From contig VRVR01000022.1 of the NCBI GenBank assembly GCA_009859145.1, positions 186,001 through 250,000 on the forward strand: 64,000 bases of DNA. Reading direction: 5' to 3'. The position numbers and the translations under genes were made by a program. The stretch's first letter is position 1. Each line of letters opens with the position of its first letter. The notes under the pieces were generated by a model. That model was not told the DNA's origin and ran no database searches. It was given only the letters and a program-made list of their open reading frames with translations. Positions 1 to 11,307 of the stretch are shown here, piece by piece. This DNA comes from Andalucia godoyi And28 (lineage: Eukaryota > Protista > Jakobida).

Positions 1-212
1 GACCCCGACCCACACGGCCCCTGGTTTGCACACGCCGGACAAGTGCTCCGCGAAAGCTGGAGAACACGCATGCAACCAGCGCACGCAAACGTTGGGTCTA
101 CAACCGCAGATACAAATGGCTGTTCTCCCCAAATCAAGCTGCCTTTTCGCACAAACTCGGTAGTAAAAACTCCTCGACCACGACTCGCTGTGCTCTGAAC
201 ACTGACGACCAT
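1..212 (-). CDS. SET and MYND domain (SMYD-like) lysine methyltransferase, 5' part only; runs off the window start
   Basis: Not in the ORF track. Manual translation from ATG at 212: MVVSVQSTASRGRGVFTTEFVRKGSLIWGEQPFVSAVVDPTFACAGCMRVLQLSRSTCPACANQ. This is an N-SET 'GRGVF...G.LI..E.P' segment followed by CxxC...CxxC of a MYND finger. Confidence 0.65.
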   Translation of the reverse strand, partial: MVVSVQSTASRGRGVFTTEFVRKGSLIWGEQPFVSAVVDPTFACAGCMRVLQLSRSTCPACANQGPCGSG

Positions 213-496
213 TTCCTTCTCCCTCGTTCCCCCTCGATTCAACGTGGCCACACACTCTACACCATCTCCTGTGTGTTTTCACGCTTGGCAGTTTTGCACG
301 AAAAGCAGATGAAATTATTCGGACCACCCGCAATCGTCATCCGTCGACATTTGAGTAAGTTGATGCAAAGCCTTTTCTGGCCTTTTCCCGCCGCCACTTT
401 GAGACGAAAGACGGAGTTACGTTTACCGGTCTTCTTCTTTTCACAAATCTCTTTCAAAAAATACACACATACGCGCGCGCGAGAGAGAGAGAGAGA

Positions 497-1816
497 ATGA
501 ACTTTAGTGACCCGGTCAAGTTTTCTGGAAAATCCGTCAGTTTTTCGGCGGATGGTGAGTATGTGGCGTTTTCGCATGGTCCAGAAGTGGCTGTTCGTGA
601 AACAACTACGTTTTCACAGAATCGACGCTTTGCATGCGAGGACATTGTTGACTATGTGGAGTGGTCTTCTGACTCGACGCTGCTGCTTTGCGTGTCAGTG
701 AAGCGCGGTGTGATTATGGTGTTCAATCCATCGGATCCTTCGTTTCGGTGCAGAATTGATGAAGGAACACTTGGAGTAGAGTCTGCGACGTTTTCCAAGG
801 ACTCGCGACACGTCCTCGTAACCTCTGAGATGGGTGTTCGCATCGGGGTTTGGTCTCTGGTGGATGGTTCTTGCACGGTGCTATCAAGCGGAAAAGCAGT
901 GCCGAAAAACCGAAATATTGCAGTGTCTCCAGACGGAAAGTTTCTTGCCTCGCTTGCGCGCAGAGATTGCAAGGATTATGTGGCCATGCTTGCTTGCGGA
1001 TCCTGGCAGCTTCTATCGAGCTTTGAAGTTTCGGAAACAAAGGACGCTGCGGGGATTGCATGGAGTCCTAACCGGTCTCTTCTTGCGGTCTGGGACTCGC
1101 TTCTTGAATACAAGATTGCTGTGTACAGAATGGACGGACATCTGGTTGCGTCGTTCAGAGCATATGAAGATGGTCTGGGAATCCGCTGTGTGGAATGGGC
1201 TCCTTCGGGACAGATGCTGGCGGTTGGATCATATGACAACAGCGTACGCTTGTTGAACCACATGACGTTTCGCACCATGGTGGAGTATCAGCATCGGACT
1301 CTTCATACGGACCTTTCCAGAGTATTTATCTTTAGAGAGACAGAAGGACCAAGATACGACGTCACAACGTCAGACGATGGGGACAATCACTCGCTGAGCG
1401 ACATGCCGGCCCTGTTTGGACAGCCGGACTCGCCAAATCCAAAGATTGGTGTATCACGGATTGCGTTTTCACGAGATTCGCGATATCTGGCTTCAAAGTC
1501 AGACTCGTTTCCGAATACCGTGTGGATCTGGGATAACGCGAAGCTCAAGCTGCTGGCCGTATTGATCCACACTGATCCCGTTCGGACGTTTTCGTGGCAT
1601 CCGGTTCAATCGATGCTCGCGGTTGCGTGCGCCAATCTCAACATCTACCTGTGGACTCCAGAGGGTGCATCGTGCGCGCAAACTCCAGCGCAAACTCCAC
1701 TTTCTGTTCTGGAGTGGTCGCCTCTCGGAAATGCTCTTGCGGTAGGCGAGCGCACACAGCTCAGCATGTGCTACTTCTCGGACCAAACTGGAAACGGCGA
1801 CGATCCCGAGAGTTGA
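497..1816 (+). CDS. WRAP73: WD-repeat protein WRAP73/WDR8 (centriole/ciliogenesis)
   Basis: 439-aa intronless ORF. N-terminus MNFS...FSADGEYVA, plus 'VEWSSDS', 'CRIDEG', 'RIGVWSL', 'YEDGLGIR.V.W.PSGQ.LAVGSYD' and 'GVSRIAFS.D..YLAS..D..PNTVWIWD' match WRAP73 as I recall it. Confidence 0.85.
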   Translation: MNFSDPVKFSGKSVSFSADGEYVAFSHGPEVAVRETTTFSQNRRFACEDIVDYVEWSSDSTLLLCVSVKRGVIMVFNPSDPSFRCRIDEGTLGVESATFSKDSRHVLVTSEMGVRIGVWSLVDGSCTVLSSGKAVPKNRNIAVSPDGKFLASLARRDCKDYVAMLACGSWQLLSSFEVSETKDAAGIAWSPNRSLLAVWDSLLEYKIAVYRMDGHLVASFRAYEDGLGIRCVEWAPSGQMLAVGSYDNSVRLLNHMTFRTMVEYQHRTLHTDLSRVFIFRETEGPRYDVTTSDDGDNHSLSDMPALFGQPDSPNPKIGVSRIAFSRDSRYLASKSDSFPNTVWIWDNAKLKLLAVLIHTDPVRTFSWHPVQSMLAVACANLNIYLWTPEGASCAQTPAQTPLSVLEWSPLGNALAVGERTQLSMCYFSDQTGNGDDPES

Positions 1817-1965
1817 GGACTGCACCTTTTTCCGTTCCTCCATCATCCGCACTTCATGTTTCTCACCTCATGAGCCTCAAAGAGGAGATCCTTCGTATCC
1901 AAACGTAAAACAGGAAGACGTAAGACATTAGACGTCGTATGGCATCTCGCATCGTATCCGGCGAG

Positions 1966-2695
1966 CTATGAATCCGAATCCGGGCTGCTTAGATGCCGTT
2001 GCAGAACGGCTTCTGCAGAATCGTTGATGAGCTTGCTGCGCACTTCAAGAGCGGTTGCTGCGGTCCTGGGGACGTTTGCCGCACGCTCAAGTGCACGTGC
2101 AATTGACCGCGCTTCAAAATCGTTTTGAATGAATGGTTTTGTCAGATCGGGACTTGCAAGAATCATCAAAAACAGCTCCAACACAGCCTCCACAACCAAC
2201 TCGTCTCCTCCAAGAAGCAGCCCAAAGAGCATGGACATAGGTTCCTGTTGCACTAAGATACTCCTGCACGTGTCCGATATGCAGAGCTGCGTCATCAGTC
2301 GAATGCAGACGACAGTGGTCCACGGACCACACGCATGGACAAAATCCGAGCGGGTTAAGTGATGCATCAGCTTTCCGTCCCCGAACGCTGTGGACAATTC
2401 ATAGGCTTGCATGCTTGTTCTGCACTGTTCAAAGTACTCTAGAATGCGGTACACACAGTATGTTTTCTCGGATGTCGGAATTGCCGAATCTCCACAAATC
2501 TGAGGTATGTATGCAAGTGTGCGCACACAGTTGAGGGGGTGAGTACACAAACGAATAGCATAAATTCTCTTCCAGAACGTGTCCCATATTCTGTTGTGTT
2601 CTTTCTTTCTTCTTGTGTTTTGAAATGCGAAAAAGACATACAGCTTTGCTCCACTGAAGTAAGACGTCCGCGTCTGGCAGCTGCGATTTGTCCAT
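1966..2695 (-). CDS. Small helical (ARM-like) protein of unknown function, 2 exons (2695-2642, 2499-1966), about 195 aa
   Basis: Intron 2641-2500 (GTATGT...CTCAG) joins MDKSQLPDADVLLQWSKA in phase 0 to ICGDSAIPTSEK... The rest is amphipathic and Leu-rich, resembling ARM/HEAT helices. Confidence 0.6.
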
Positions 2696-3102
2696 TTTTC
2701 CGTCCCTTTCTGATTTCACTTACACGAGTGCTAGATGAGCAGCCGGTGCGCTCTCTATTCAGCAGCAACACTAAGCAACGACAGACAGAACGGCCTTCTC
2801 TCACGTTTCGTGCGGCCGCGACCCTCTCCTGCTGAACAGTGCAGGACCGCAGATGCAACGGACGCGTTGAAACTGAAAAGACACCGCTGTAAAAAAAAAT
2901 AATAATTTAATAATTAAAAAACACGAAATAGAATCTCTCCGACGTTGTTTCGAAATCCGTCGACGGCAGTTAACGTTCCGGGATCGGAACACGAAAAGCC
3001 GAGAGTGCAATCCGAAACTTCATCATCATCGTCGTCATCATGTGCACAGCCACCAGAGAAGTTGTACGTAAGTGAAGTAGCTGGGTTAGCTGGGGTAACG
3101 AA

Positions 3103-5418
3103 ATGGATGCTCGACTCGAACGTTCGTTTTCAGTTCCGAATAAGCTGTCGCTGCGTGTGCCTTCACATGTATCGCAACGAACAGCGTATATTCTGCCTTC
3201 TATAACATGTATGACATCATCGATCCAGAAGAGCTGCCTTTTTGCTGGTCGTTTGAATGGACAAATTGCAGTTTTTCGGTTTGATCCACTGAGCGGAGTG
3301 AATGTGGACGCGCCGTTTGTGACTCTGAATGGCCATGAAGCTCGCATTTCCACAATGTACTTCTCCGAGCAGTTCGGACTCTTGTTTACGGGGTCTGTGG
3401 ATGGATCGATTCGGGTATGGGACCCGTTTGTTCTCGATGCAAAGGATTTGTGCATTCAGGTCATTTCTTCGCATTCAAGGGCGATTTCAGGGCTTGCGGT
3501 CCACGAAGCAATGTTGGTCTCGAGCTCAATTGACGGCCGAGCGGTTGCGTATCAAACGGATACAAGGAAACGAGGAGCGTTAGTGTACCCGTGGTTCTAT
3601 GAAGTCCAGGTGATGGAAGGTAGGTTTGACGGATGGGTGTCTTCACTGGCAGCTTCCCCTGTTCGAAGAGTCGGAGAGGCCGCTGATCTGGTTGTCGGAA
3701 CGTCGGACGGAAAGCTCGTCCTCTTTGTTTCGGAGCCTGTTCCATTTGCCGACACTGGTATTTCATTTCGGTTCAATTATTTAAAGACGCACACGGACTT
3801 GCACAAGCTGGCGGTGACATTTGTGCTGTTGCTCATCAAGGAAAACATGATTGTTACGATTTGCAATGACAAGACCGTCCGCATCCTGGAGTCCATTTCT
3901 GGAAAACCGTTTTTCACGCTGCAGAATCCGCGGGGGAGGCTGTTTGTGCACTGCGATTGGAATGAGAATTCAAAAGAATTGCTGCTGTTGGACGACAGCG
4001 CGCATGTCGAGGTGTGGAAGTATGATATTGGGTCACTGATCTTCTCCAAGAAACTGAGCCATCTTCCTCTGCATGTTGTCAAGTGGTTTCCCGACGATGA
4101 CGATCGGTTTTTCGTTGGGGGAACTTTAGGAGTATCACAATATCGACTGTCACGTGAGGTCGGCGCGAAAAAGATGGAGGGCCACTCCGAAGGAATAATG
4201 TTCATCAAGCGACTGGATCTCGCTGTTCATGAACAAAGACTCTACACTGTCGGTCTCGATCGAAAGACCATCCAGTGGGTTGTGTTTGATGAAGGGCTGA
4301 ACCTGCTGAACACGCGGATGGAAACCAAGTCAGACATTACGGGGTTCCATTGCTGGGTTGTGGAGGACATGAGCATTTTTGTTGCAAAGGAGTTCCGTCA
4401 AAAAGAAGCAACATATGATGATGACATGTCCACGTCGACAAAGCGCCTGTTTGTCTTTTCCGGTCACGAGGATGGCACAATTCGCGCCCTGTTTGCCGGG
4501 AATGACCGCTCATTCGACATCAAAGCCCACCAGAACTCGGTTACGAGTATCGCAGGAGCGCTCAAGTACTGGAATGCACGTGATCGGCAGTTGGTACCGT
4601 GCCCCCATATTGCTTCCGTCGGCTATGATGGTTGTTTGGGATTCTGGAAGATTGAAATGTCGGGTGGGCTTCCGTACCTCGATTGTCTGGACTTTGTGCG
4701 CATTTCTGATTCAGAGTTGCTGACAGTCCTTGTCAATTCCTCCAACAATACGTACATTACTGGTGGTAACGACACAATTATTCGGGTGTTTTCCGCTCGG
4801 GGTCCCGAACTCCATCTTGTACACAAACTTGAAGGTCACGAAGGCCCCATCTCCGTGCTGGAGCGCGATGGAAATTTCCTGTTCAGTTCGGGCGTAGAAA
4901 AGTCAATCCTTGTGTGGGATTTGCACTCTGGAACATGCTTACGGAAGCTCTCTGGTCACACAGGAGAAATCACAGGTATTACAATGCTCGACTCGGTTGG
5001 GTTTTTGGTTTCTTGCTCCCTGGACGGCTCCCTGGCGAAGTGGCACTATCCGTCCGGAAGGCTTGTGAAGAAGTTCAATCGCCAAGAAAAGTTTACGTGC
5101 ATGGATTACGATTCAGCGTACAACGTCATGTACATTGGAACCGCCTCGGGGGCGCTTCTGCAAGTTGACTTGGAATCCGTGTCGGAGGTTGATGATAACG
5201 CTCCGATCATCCCGACATCCGAGAATTCGGCAAGACCGAGAACATCGTTTCAGCGTGTCAGTTTTGCGACAGCCCGAATGAAGTTGATGTCTGCAGCGTC
5301 TTCGGAGATCACGGATCGACGGTCCACAGTTTCCGGCAACGACTTGAATTCGTCTTCGATGGAGATTCGGCGGGGCTTAAATGTAAGGAGAACGATAACT
5401 CTCGCACCGGCAAACTAG
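3103..5418 (+). CDS. Multi-WD40 repeat protein (probably two beta-propellers), 771 aa
   Basis: Long intronless ORF with repeated GH...(S/T)GS.DG.I..WD units, e.g. GHEARIS...TGSVDGSIRVWD, GHEGPIS...ILVWD and GHTGEIT...SCSLDGSLAKW. Confidence 0.85.
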   Translation: MDARLERSFSVPNKLSLRVPSHVSQRTAYILPSITCMTSSIQKSCLFAGRLNGQIAVFRFDPLSGVNVDAPFVTLNGHEARISTMYFSEQFGLLFTGSVDGSIRVWDPFVLDAKDLCIQVISSHSRAISGLAVHEAMLVSSSIDGRAVAYQTDTRKRGALVYPWFYEVQVMEGRFDGWVSSLAASPVRRVGEAADLVVGTSDGKLVLFVSEPVPFADTGISFRFNYLKTHTDLHKLAVTFVLLLIKENMIVTICNDKTVRILESISGKPFFTLQNPRGRLFVHCDWNENSKELLLLDDSAHVEVWKYDIGSLIFSKKLSHLPLHVVKWFPDDDDRFFVGGTLGVSQYRLSREVGAKKMEGHSEGIMFIKRLDLAVHEQRLYTVGLDRKTIQWVVFDEGLNLLNTRMETKSDITGFHCWVVEDMSIFVAKEFRQKEATYDDDMSTSTKRLFVFSGHEDGTIRALFAGNDRSFDIKAHQNSVTSIAGALKYWNARDRQLVPCPHIASVGYDGCLGFWKIEMSGGLPYLDCLDFVRISDSELLTVLVNSSNNTYITGGNDTIIRVFSARGPELHLVHKLEGHEGPISVLERDGNFLFSSGVEKSILVWDLHSGTCLRKLSGHTGEITGITMLDSVGFLVSCSLDGSLAKWHYPSGRLVKKFNRQEKFTCMDYDSAYNVMYIGTASGALLQVDLESVSEVDDNAPIIPTSENSARPRTSFQRVSFATARMKLMSAASSEITDRRSTVSGNDLNSSSMEIRRGLNVRRTITLAPAN

Positions 5419-5659
5419 CTTGAGCAATTGTCTTTTGTTGTTTTCGGTGTCCCCACTCCTTCTCCTTTGTCATTTGTAATATCATTTTCTTGTTGCTGCA
5501 CTTCAATTCATTATTTGCACAGCAAGAACGTGTTGGAACGCGATCATTTGGCTAATCCACTTCATTCGCTGTATTGCTTAACTTTCAATAATTAAAAAAA
5601 AGGAAGAACAGCAACACATTGTATATCTTCAAACCGATGCATGCTGCCCTTGCCGATAC

Positions 5660-7309
5660 TCAATAGGCACGCCGAGAGTCTTCCTCCGGCTCGGGCGCCG
5701 GAGTGACTGACAGAGTCATCTTCTTTCCTTGGCGATTAATCTCGATCTGCAGAGGCTGGAAGTGGCTGTTCCCGGTGATTTCCATGACCTCTCCAGCCGT
5801 CCGAACTGGTTTCCCGTTAATGGACAGAATTAAATCCAGCGGACGGATGCCACCTGCATCCGCAGGACTACCTTCGATGACATCTGGAACAAAGACGCCT
5901 TCCGATAAGTCCACATTGCGATACCTGCGGTCCCACTGTCTCATCAAGTTTGAAACATACGGACTGATCGTAATCACAAACATTCCTGTGTAAGGCCGGA
6001 TAACACGTCCATACTTCTGCAACTGGTCCACAATCTCTTTCGCAGTCTTGATGGGAATCGCAAACGAGATGCCTGAAACATCGGCCTTCAATGAATTGAT
6101 TCCGATCACTTCTCCGTCCAAGTTGACCAACGGTCCTCCCGAGTTTCCCTGGTTGATCGGAGCATCCGTCTGAATAAACGTCGACAGCGGGCTCAGTCCC
6201 AGATCCGCACCCTTGCGCTCCACAGCAGACACAATGCCGTGCGTGACTGTGTTTGATAGCTGCAGAGGGCATCCCAATGCAACGACGAACTCGCCAACTC
6301 GCAACTTGTCCGAGTCGCCTGTCGAAACGCACCGCCGCAACAAAAACAAACGACACAAACCGAAGACAGAATAATAATAATAACAACAACAATAATAATA
6401 ATAAAAGATGAGTGATTAATAAGTCAAACCTCTGAGCTGTAGCCTGCATTCAAGAACAGCAATCACTTCAAGAAACGTACCGAGTTTCGCAACAGGTAGC
6501 GGATCTGTGGTGTCGACCTTGACCAACGCAACATCGGATCGCTCGTCCAGGGCAAGCACCCTTCCTTTGAACGACCGGCCATCCGTCAGTGCAACCGTCA
6601 ACTGGTGATTTCCAAAAATAAATAAATAATGATAATTAAAAATGCTCAGAACCGCAATCGAAAATAAAAACAGAACACAACAGATTGGATGTACAAGAGA
6701 TGAACTGAAAATCGCAAAAAGCAGAGAAGAAAAAACAAACGAAAACAGAACATACCTCCTTGTTCTTGTCCTTACTCTTTGAAGATGCAAAAGCTACAAC
6801 ATGAGCATTCGTGACAATGGTTCCATCCTTTCCCGCATGCAAAATCGCAGTTAGAGAGCTGGTTGTTGAATTTCAGAAAGCAAAAAGACGTTGATTCCTC
6901 CGCGATTCTTTCCAGCTGATGAGTACTGTGGCGAAAAAGATCATACTTCGGAGATGATGAACCCCGAACCCGATGCCTTGGACACAAACCACGCGAATTC
7001 CTGCTCGCTGGATATGCTCACAGTTGCGTCCTTTGCAATCGACACAGCATCTGCAATAAAGTATCTCGACAACGGGCGATCGGACGCGGATCCGCTTCTG
7101 CGGTCCGTATTTGCAGAGCCCTCAGGAACAATCATGTCCATCCCGAGCACACTGCTATCCGTATCAGGACGAAGAAGAGCAGCAGGATGGAACTGCACCG
7201 TACGCCCACTCTGCCATTGCCGATGATGGCAATACAATGCCCCTCCAAACGCCCCTGTGGCCAATGCGAGTCCAGCAATGCTCGCCGATTTCAACCACTT
7301 TCGAACCAT
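5660..7309 (-). CDS. HTRA2: HtrA/DegP-family serine protease with one PDZ domain (HtrA2/DEG14-like, likely mitochondrial); 4 exons 7309-6947, 6827-6756, 6601-6481, 6318-5660; 404 aa
   Basis: Three GT-AG introns (donors GTATGA, GTATGT, GTACGT) give a continuous frame. Catalytic triad TNAHVV / SDVALVK / GNSGGPL, C-terminal PDZ (GSPAD.GGI...D.I..ING) and N-terminal hydrophobic anchor ([16 protein letters not shown]). Confidence 0.9.
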
Positions 7310-7611
7310 CACTCTCTCACCCAACGTTCCTCCGTGTTTTCCCACGCCTTTCCTAATCCCCACTAGACACAAATCAGCTGTCACGCCGATCACATGCGAC
7401 CACACACTCGGACGCAAAAAAAAACACATGCAGTCGTACAAAATGTCGGCGCAAATTAGGCAAGGGGTTCCAGTTTGGATTTGATGCTAGGATCCTACGA
7501 AGAGACGAGAACCTGCAGCATTCGAGTCTTTCGTCTTGGGTTTTTGGGCTTTTGAATTTTTCATTCTTATGTTTTCTTTTCCTCACCTCTTTCCTTTGCG
7601 GATTCAAGCAA

Positions 7612-9666
7612 ATGAACCGGTTTGCCGATGTCCGGATAGGAGTTCCGATTCCTGGAGTTGACTTGTCGTCTCCATTGTCTCTGGAGCCTTCATCCTTCCG
7701 AAGCATCTTATATCAAGGCGAAACATTGGATGTGCTCTTGTATCTTTTTCAGCCTCTTGGCTCTCCGCACAACTCGGCCTTTGCATCTCACGGATTCTCA
7801 ACGGATCCTACCGTTGCATCCTTTGTTGATCCTTCGCTTTGGAAGAAAAGAGCTCGCTTGCTAAGCATGGATCTGAAGCTTCTGTACTCGAAATCTGCTG
7901 CACATTCTGCACAAACCAACATGGCATCTGCAAATAACAACAATACGAACGCGAATGCAAATGCAAATGTAACTGCAAATGCGAATGGAATTGAACTTGT
8001 TGTTTCTCCGCTGGAGCGAATTCAACTGACCAATGCGCAATTATCCTCGGGCCCAATGGCGCTGAGTGGAGCTACCCCATCGATTGTGCCCGGCACGTCT
8101 GCGTCTCAGATTCTTGGACCGTCGGTGCAGAGAATACCTTTGCGCAACTGCGCTTCTTCGATCGTATTTGAGAGCAATCTGGCCGTCGTCTACTTGCTTC
8201 GCGCGTCTCTTTTGATTCCTGTATCGCTGTCGAACAAACCAATGTATCTCGTAGCGGGTGTGCATCCGTCGACACTGCCTTCTGCGAAGAATCTTGAGTT
8301 TGGGAAGGGCTCGGTAGAAAAATCGCTGAAACCTCGAAACTTCAGCATGCCTTCTTCTCTCAGCTCAAGTGCACTCATCTTGGACGGAACATCGTCGATG
8401 ATGGTTTCAGGAGAACATCCAGTGGTGCCTCCGACGCCCAGTGCCCCAGTTGTTCAAGATATGACCCACAGTAGTAGCAACAGTGGTGGCAGTGGTAGTG
8501 GGTCGACTAGTGACAGTCGCAGCAGTAGCAGTAGCGGCAACAGTCGGTATTTCGAGTCTGTGACGGTGCTGGATGATGCTACTCGGTCTCTGCTGACGTC
8601 CGTGTCCTATGCGATTCTTCCGGACTTGGATAGCGTGTCGTCGGTTGGATCTCCGTTGGTTGCAGAGTCGGATTGCTTTGGCCCCGTATACGTCTTGAAT
8701 CCACTGAACGTGCATTGGTTCCAGAAGCAGGTCGGAAAACAGACGATGATCTCCATTTCCGTGACACATTCAACATTTCGTGTTCGATCGCACCGTTCGT
8801 CAGCTGCACAATCGACTCCAGATGCAGATGGCGGCGGGGGTTCTGCCCTGGATTCCGGTTCTCCGGCATCGGATGCGTCGTTTTTGTCAGAAGTTGGAGA
8901 TGATGTGGATGCCGCCGCGGCTGCAAACAAGAGCATTGTGGATGATGTGGAGACGCGATCGCTGTTCATGATTGAGATTTCCGATGTGAAGCTGTTTGAT
9001 CCGTCTGTGTCTGCCATTGATGCAAAAGGTCTGCATGCTGCTGCGTTTGTGCCGATCCATCCTCGGTTCTCGTCAATCCTGTTGAAGCCAAACGAACAGT
9101 TTACCTTTGCGTTCTGGACTTCGCTGAGCGTCGACGATGCGTTGCTGCAGATTTCGTGGAAATCACACAACCCTCCATCGGATCCTGCACCCGCTTCCAC
9201 AGATTTTCTCGTTCATGAGCAGCTCTTGCGATGGAAGCCGAAGGATCCGTGTCCAATGGAGATTGTGTTGAGTCCGCTTGCTCCCGTTGCAAAAGTCGGA
9301 GATGAATTCACCGTCAGCGGAGTCTTTGCAAACCGTGGTGGGTTCGATGCTGATGTCGTTATCCATGTCGGTCCGCCGGCTGTCGCAAACTTACCAGCTT
9401 CCAGCACTCTTTCTTCCGCTCTTTCGTGTCATGCCCAGATCGACTCGGTGCGGTTCTTGCCAAAGCAAATTGCTACTTGCAGAGAGCGGACGATTTCTCT
9501 GGGCAAGGTCGTGAATCATGGAATTGCGTCGTTTTGTCTTTCTTACTCGTTCCATTTGCCAGGACTCGTGTTGCCGCCTTCGTTTATCGTCGAAGACAGG
9601 TATTCTGGTGCAAAGTTCACTGTTTTGCCGAGGTCGGATCTCGATTGTCTGGTGTACGTCGAATGA
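7612..9666 (+). CDS. TRAPP-II-associated Ig-fold protein, TRAPPC14 (C7orf43)/TRAPPC13-like; about 684 aa
   Basis: First ATG at 7612; the ORF-track start is an upstream TTG. N-terminal 'RSILYQGETLDVLLYL' and C-terminal 'PVAKVGDEFTVSGVFANR' resemble recalled TRAPPC14 segments. Long Ser/Asn-rich linkers. Assignment by eye only. Confidence 0.45.
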   Translation: MNRFADVRIGVPIPGVDLSSPLSLEPSSFRSILYQGETLDVLLYLFQPLGSPHNSAFASHGFSTDPTVASFVDPSLWKKRARLLSMDLKLLYSKSAAHSAQTNMASANNNNTNANANANVTANANGIELVVSPLERIQLTNAQLSSGPMALSGATPSIVPGTSASQILGPSVQRIPLRNCASSIVFESNLAVVYLLRASLLIPVSLSNKPMYLVAGVHPSTLPSAKNLEFGKGSVEKSLKPRNFSMPSSLSSSALILDGTSSMMVSGEHPVVPPTPSAPVVQDMTHSSSNSGGSGSGSTSDSRSSSSSGNSRYFESVTVLDDATRSLLTSVSYAILPDLDSVSSVGSPLVAESDCFGPVYVLNPLNVHWFQKQVGKQTMISISVTHSTFRVRSHRSSAAQSTPDADGGGGSALDSGSPASDASFLSEVGDDVDAAAAANKSIVDDVETRSLFMIEISDVKLFDPSVSAIDAKGLHAAAFVPIHPRFSSILLKPNEQFTFAFWTSLSVDDALLQISWKSHNPPSDPAPASTDFLVHEQLLRWKPKDPCPMEIVLSPLAPVAKVGDEFTVSGVFANRGGFDADVVIHVGPPAVANLPASSTLSSALSCHAQIDSVRFLPKQIATCRERTISLGKVVNHGIASFCLSYSFHLPGLVLPPSFIVEDRYSGAKFTVLPRSDLDCLVYVE

Positions 9667-10046
9667 GATTTTTTCTTTTTCTTTTTCCCTCCTCCCCCTT
9701 TTCTTCTCTCTTCTTGGGTTGAAAAAATATATTTATTTATTTACTACCATTGTCTTCATGTTCTTTTTATATTTATATTTATTATTATTATTATTTCCAT
9801 TTTTAAAATAAATATTCTATTCCCTCTTTCTTTCTTCTTTTTTCTTGCCACACAAACTAGTGAGTCACATCTGTTTTCGTTCAGCTTCTTGTTGTTTTCA
9901 CCCGTTCCCTGTGCTTGGCAGTCGGGGAACAAATGATGACTTCCAGCGACTGTAAAAAAAACAAAAGCACACTTGGTTAACAAAAGATTTCGTTAGCGAA
10001 ATGAAATGAGAGACAGGGAGGAAACCGAGAGGGACAAAAAACTAGT

Positions 10047-10104
10047 AACCCTAGTTTGCATGTGCTTTGCTATTTTCCAGCTATCAGCTTCTGGCAAACC
10101 CTAG
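10047..10104 (+). promoter_or_regulatory. Two telo-box-like motifs upstream of RPL7
   Basis: AACCCTAG at 10047-10054 and AAACCCTAG at 10096-10104, 145-200 nt upstream of the RPL7 ATG. Confidence 0.35.
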
Positions 10105-10248
10105 GTTTCGTCGGCGATGTATGTTGTCATTTTGCTGATTTCCCTAATTTTCCCCAATTTTTTCCAGTTTCCTCCTTTCTTCCTTTTATCTCTCCCCCTT
10201 TTTCCCCTTGTGGTTCGTTTCTATTGTTGGGTTCACCGATTTATCAAT

Positions 10249-10980
10249 ATGGCACCGACTGTTGCAGCCCCCGTCCCCGAGACTGTCCTCAAGGCCCGCA
10301 AGACCCGTGAGGCCAACGCCGCCGCCTCTCTCCAGGCCAAGGCATCTGCCGCAAAGAAGCGCTCTGTTCAGCGCCGCGTTGCATTTGTCAACGCCGAGCG
10401 GTACCTGAAGCAGCACAAGCAGCAGGAAGCTGACGCCATCCGTGCCCGCCGTGTTGCACGCGCTGCCGGAAACTTTTTCCGTGAGCCCGAGGCCAAGCTT
10501 GCCTTTGTCATCCGTATCCGTGGTATCAACGGAGTCAGTCCTCGCGTGAAGAAGATCCTCCAGCTTCTCCGCCTTCGCCAGATCAACAACGGAGTCTTTG
10601 TCAAGCTGAACAAGGCCACCATCAGCATGCTCAAGCTTGTTGAGCCGTTCGTTGCATACGGATACCCCAACCTGAAGTCCGTCCGCGAGCTCGTCTTGAA
10701 GCGTGGTTTTGCCAAGGTTAACCGCAACCGTATCCCCATCACTGACAATGCCATTGTTGAGCAGTCTCTTGGACAGCAGGGAATCATCTGCGTTGAAGAT
10801 CTGATCCACGAGATCTACACCGTCGGACCCAACTTCCAAAAGGCAAACAACTTCCTCTGGCCGTTCAAGCTGGACTCGCCCAACGGTGGTCTCCGCAGAA
10901 AGGCTGTCCACTTCATCGAGGGAGGTGACGGTGGAAACCGAGAGACCCTCATCAACAAGATGATCCGCCAGATGCTTTAA
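10249..10980 (+). CDS. RPL7: 60S ribosomal protein L7 (uL30), 243 aa
   Basis: [18 protein letters not shown]..., 'FVIRIRGIN', '[21 protein letters not shown]', '[16 protein letters not shown]', '[25 protein letters not shown]'. Strong C-ending codon bias. The track's upstream extension is pyrimidine-rich UTR. Confidence 0.98.
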   Translation: MAPTVAAPVPETVLKARKTREANAAASLQAKASAAKKRSVQRRVAFVNAERYLKQHKQQEADAIRARRVARAAGNFFREPEAKLAFVIRIRGINGVSPRVKKILQLLRLRQINNGVFVKLNKATISMLKLVEPFVAYGYPNLKSVRELVLKRGFAKVNRNRIPITDNAIVEQSLGQQGIICVEDLIHEIYTVGPNFQKANNFLWPFKLDSPNGGLRRKAVHFIEGGDGGNRETLINKMIRQML

Positions 10981-11307
10981 AGTGAACAGAGTGATAAAAA
11001 TTTGGAATCCGAGTTGTGTGTCCTACGTAGAGTAAGTAAAACGAGAGAAGAAAAAAATAGACTGCATTAAAAAAAAATATAATAGCAACAATAAAACCAT
11101 CGTTTTCTTTGGTCGTCGTCTCCTCTGCTTCATTCAATTTTTCGTTTCTCTCTGTATTTTATTATCTTCTTCATCAGCTTGTCCGCGTCTCTGTCGCTTT
11201 CACTCACGTTTCCGATTAGCATTTAATTAAAAAGGGAAGGGGGAAAAAGAAGAAAGAAGAAGAAAAGAAAGGACGAAAAAAGGGTTTCTTGTTTCCAGGG
11301 CGGATTC

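Noticed and set aside
10186-10911. 241-aa antisense ORF over RPL7
   Set aside because: Mirror-frame artefact of the strong codon bias of a highly expressed gene; no protein-like motifs.
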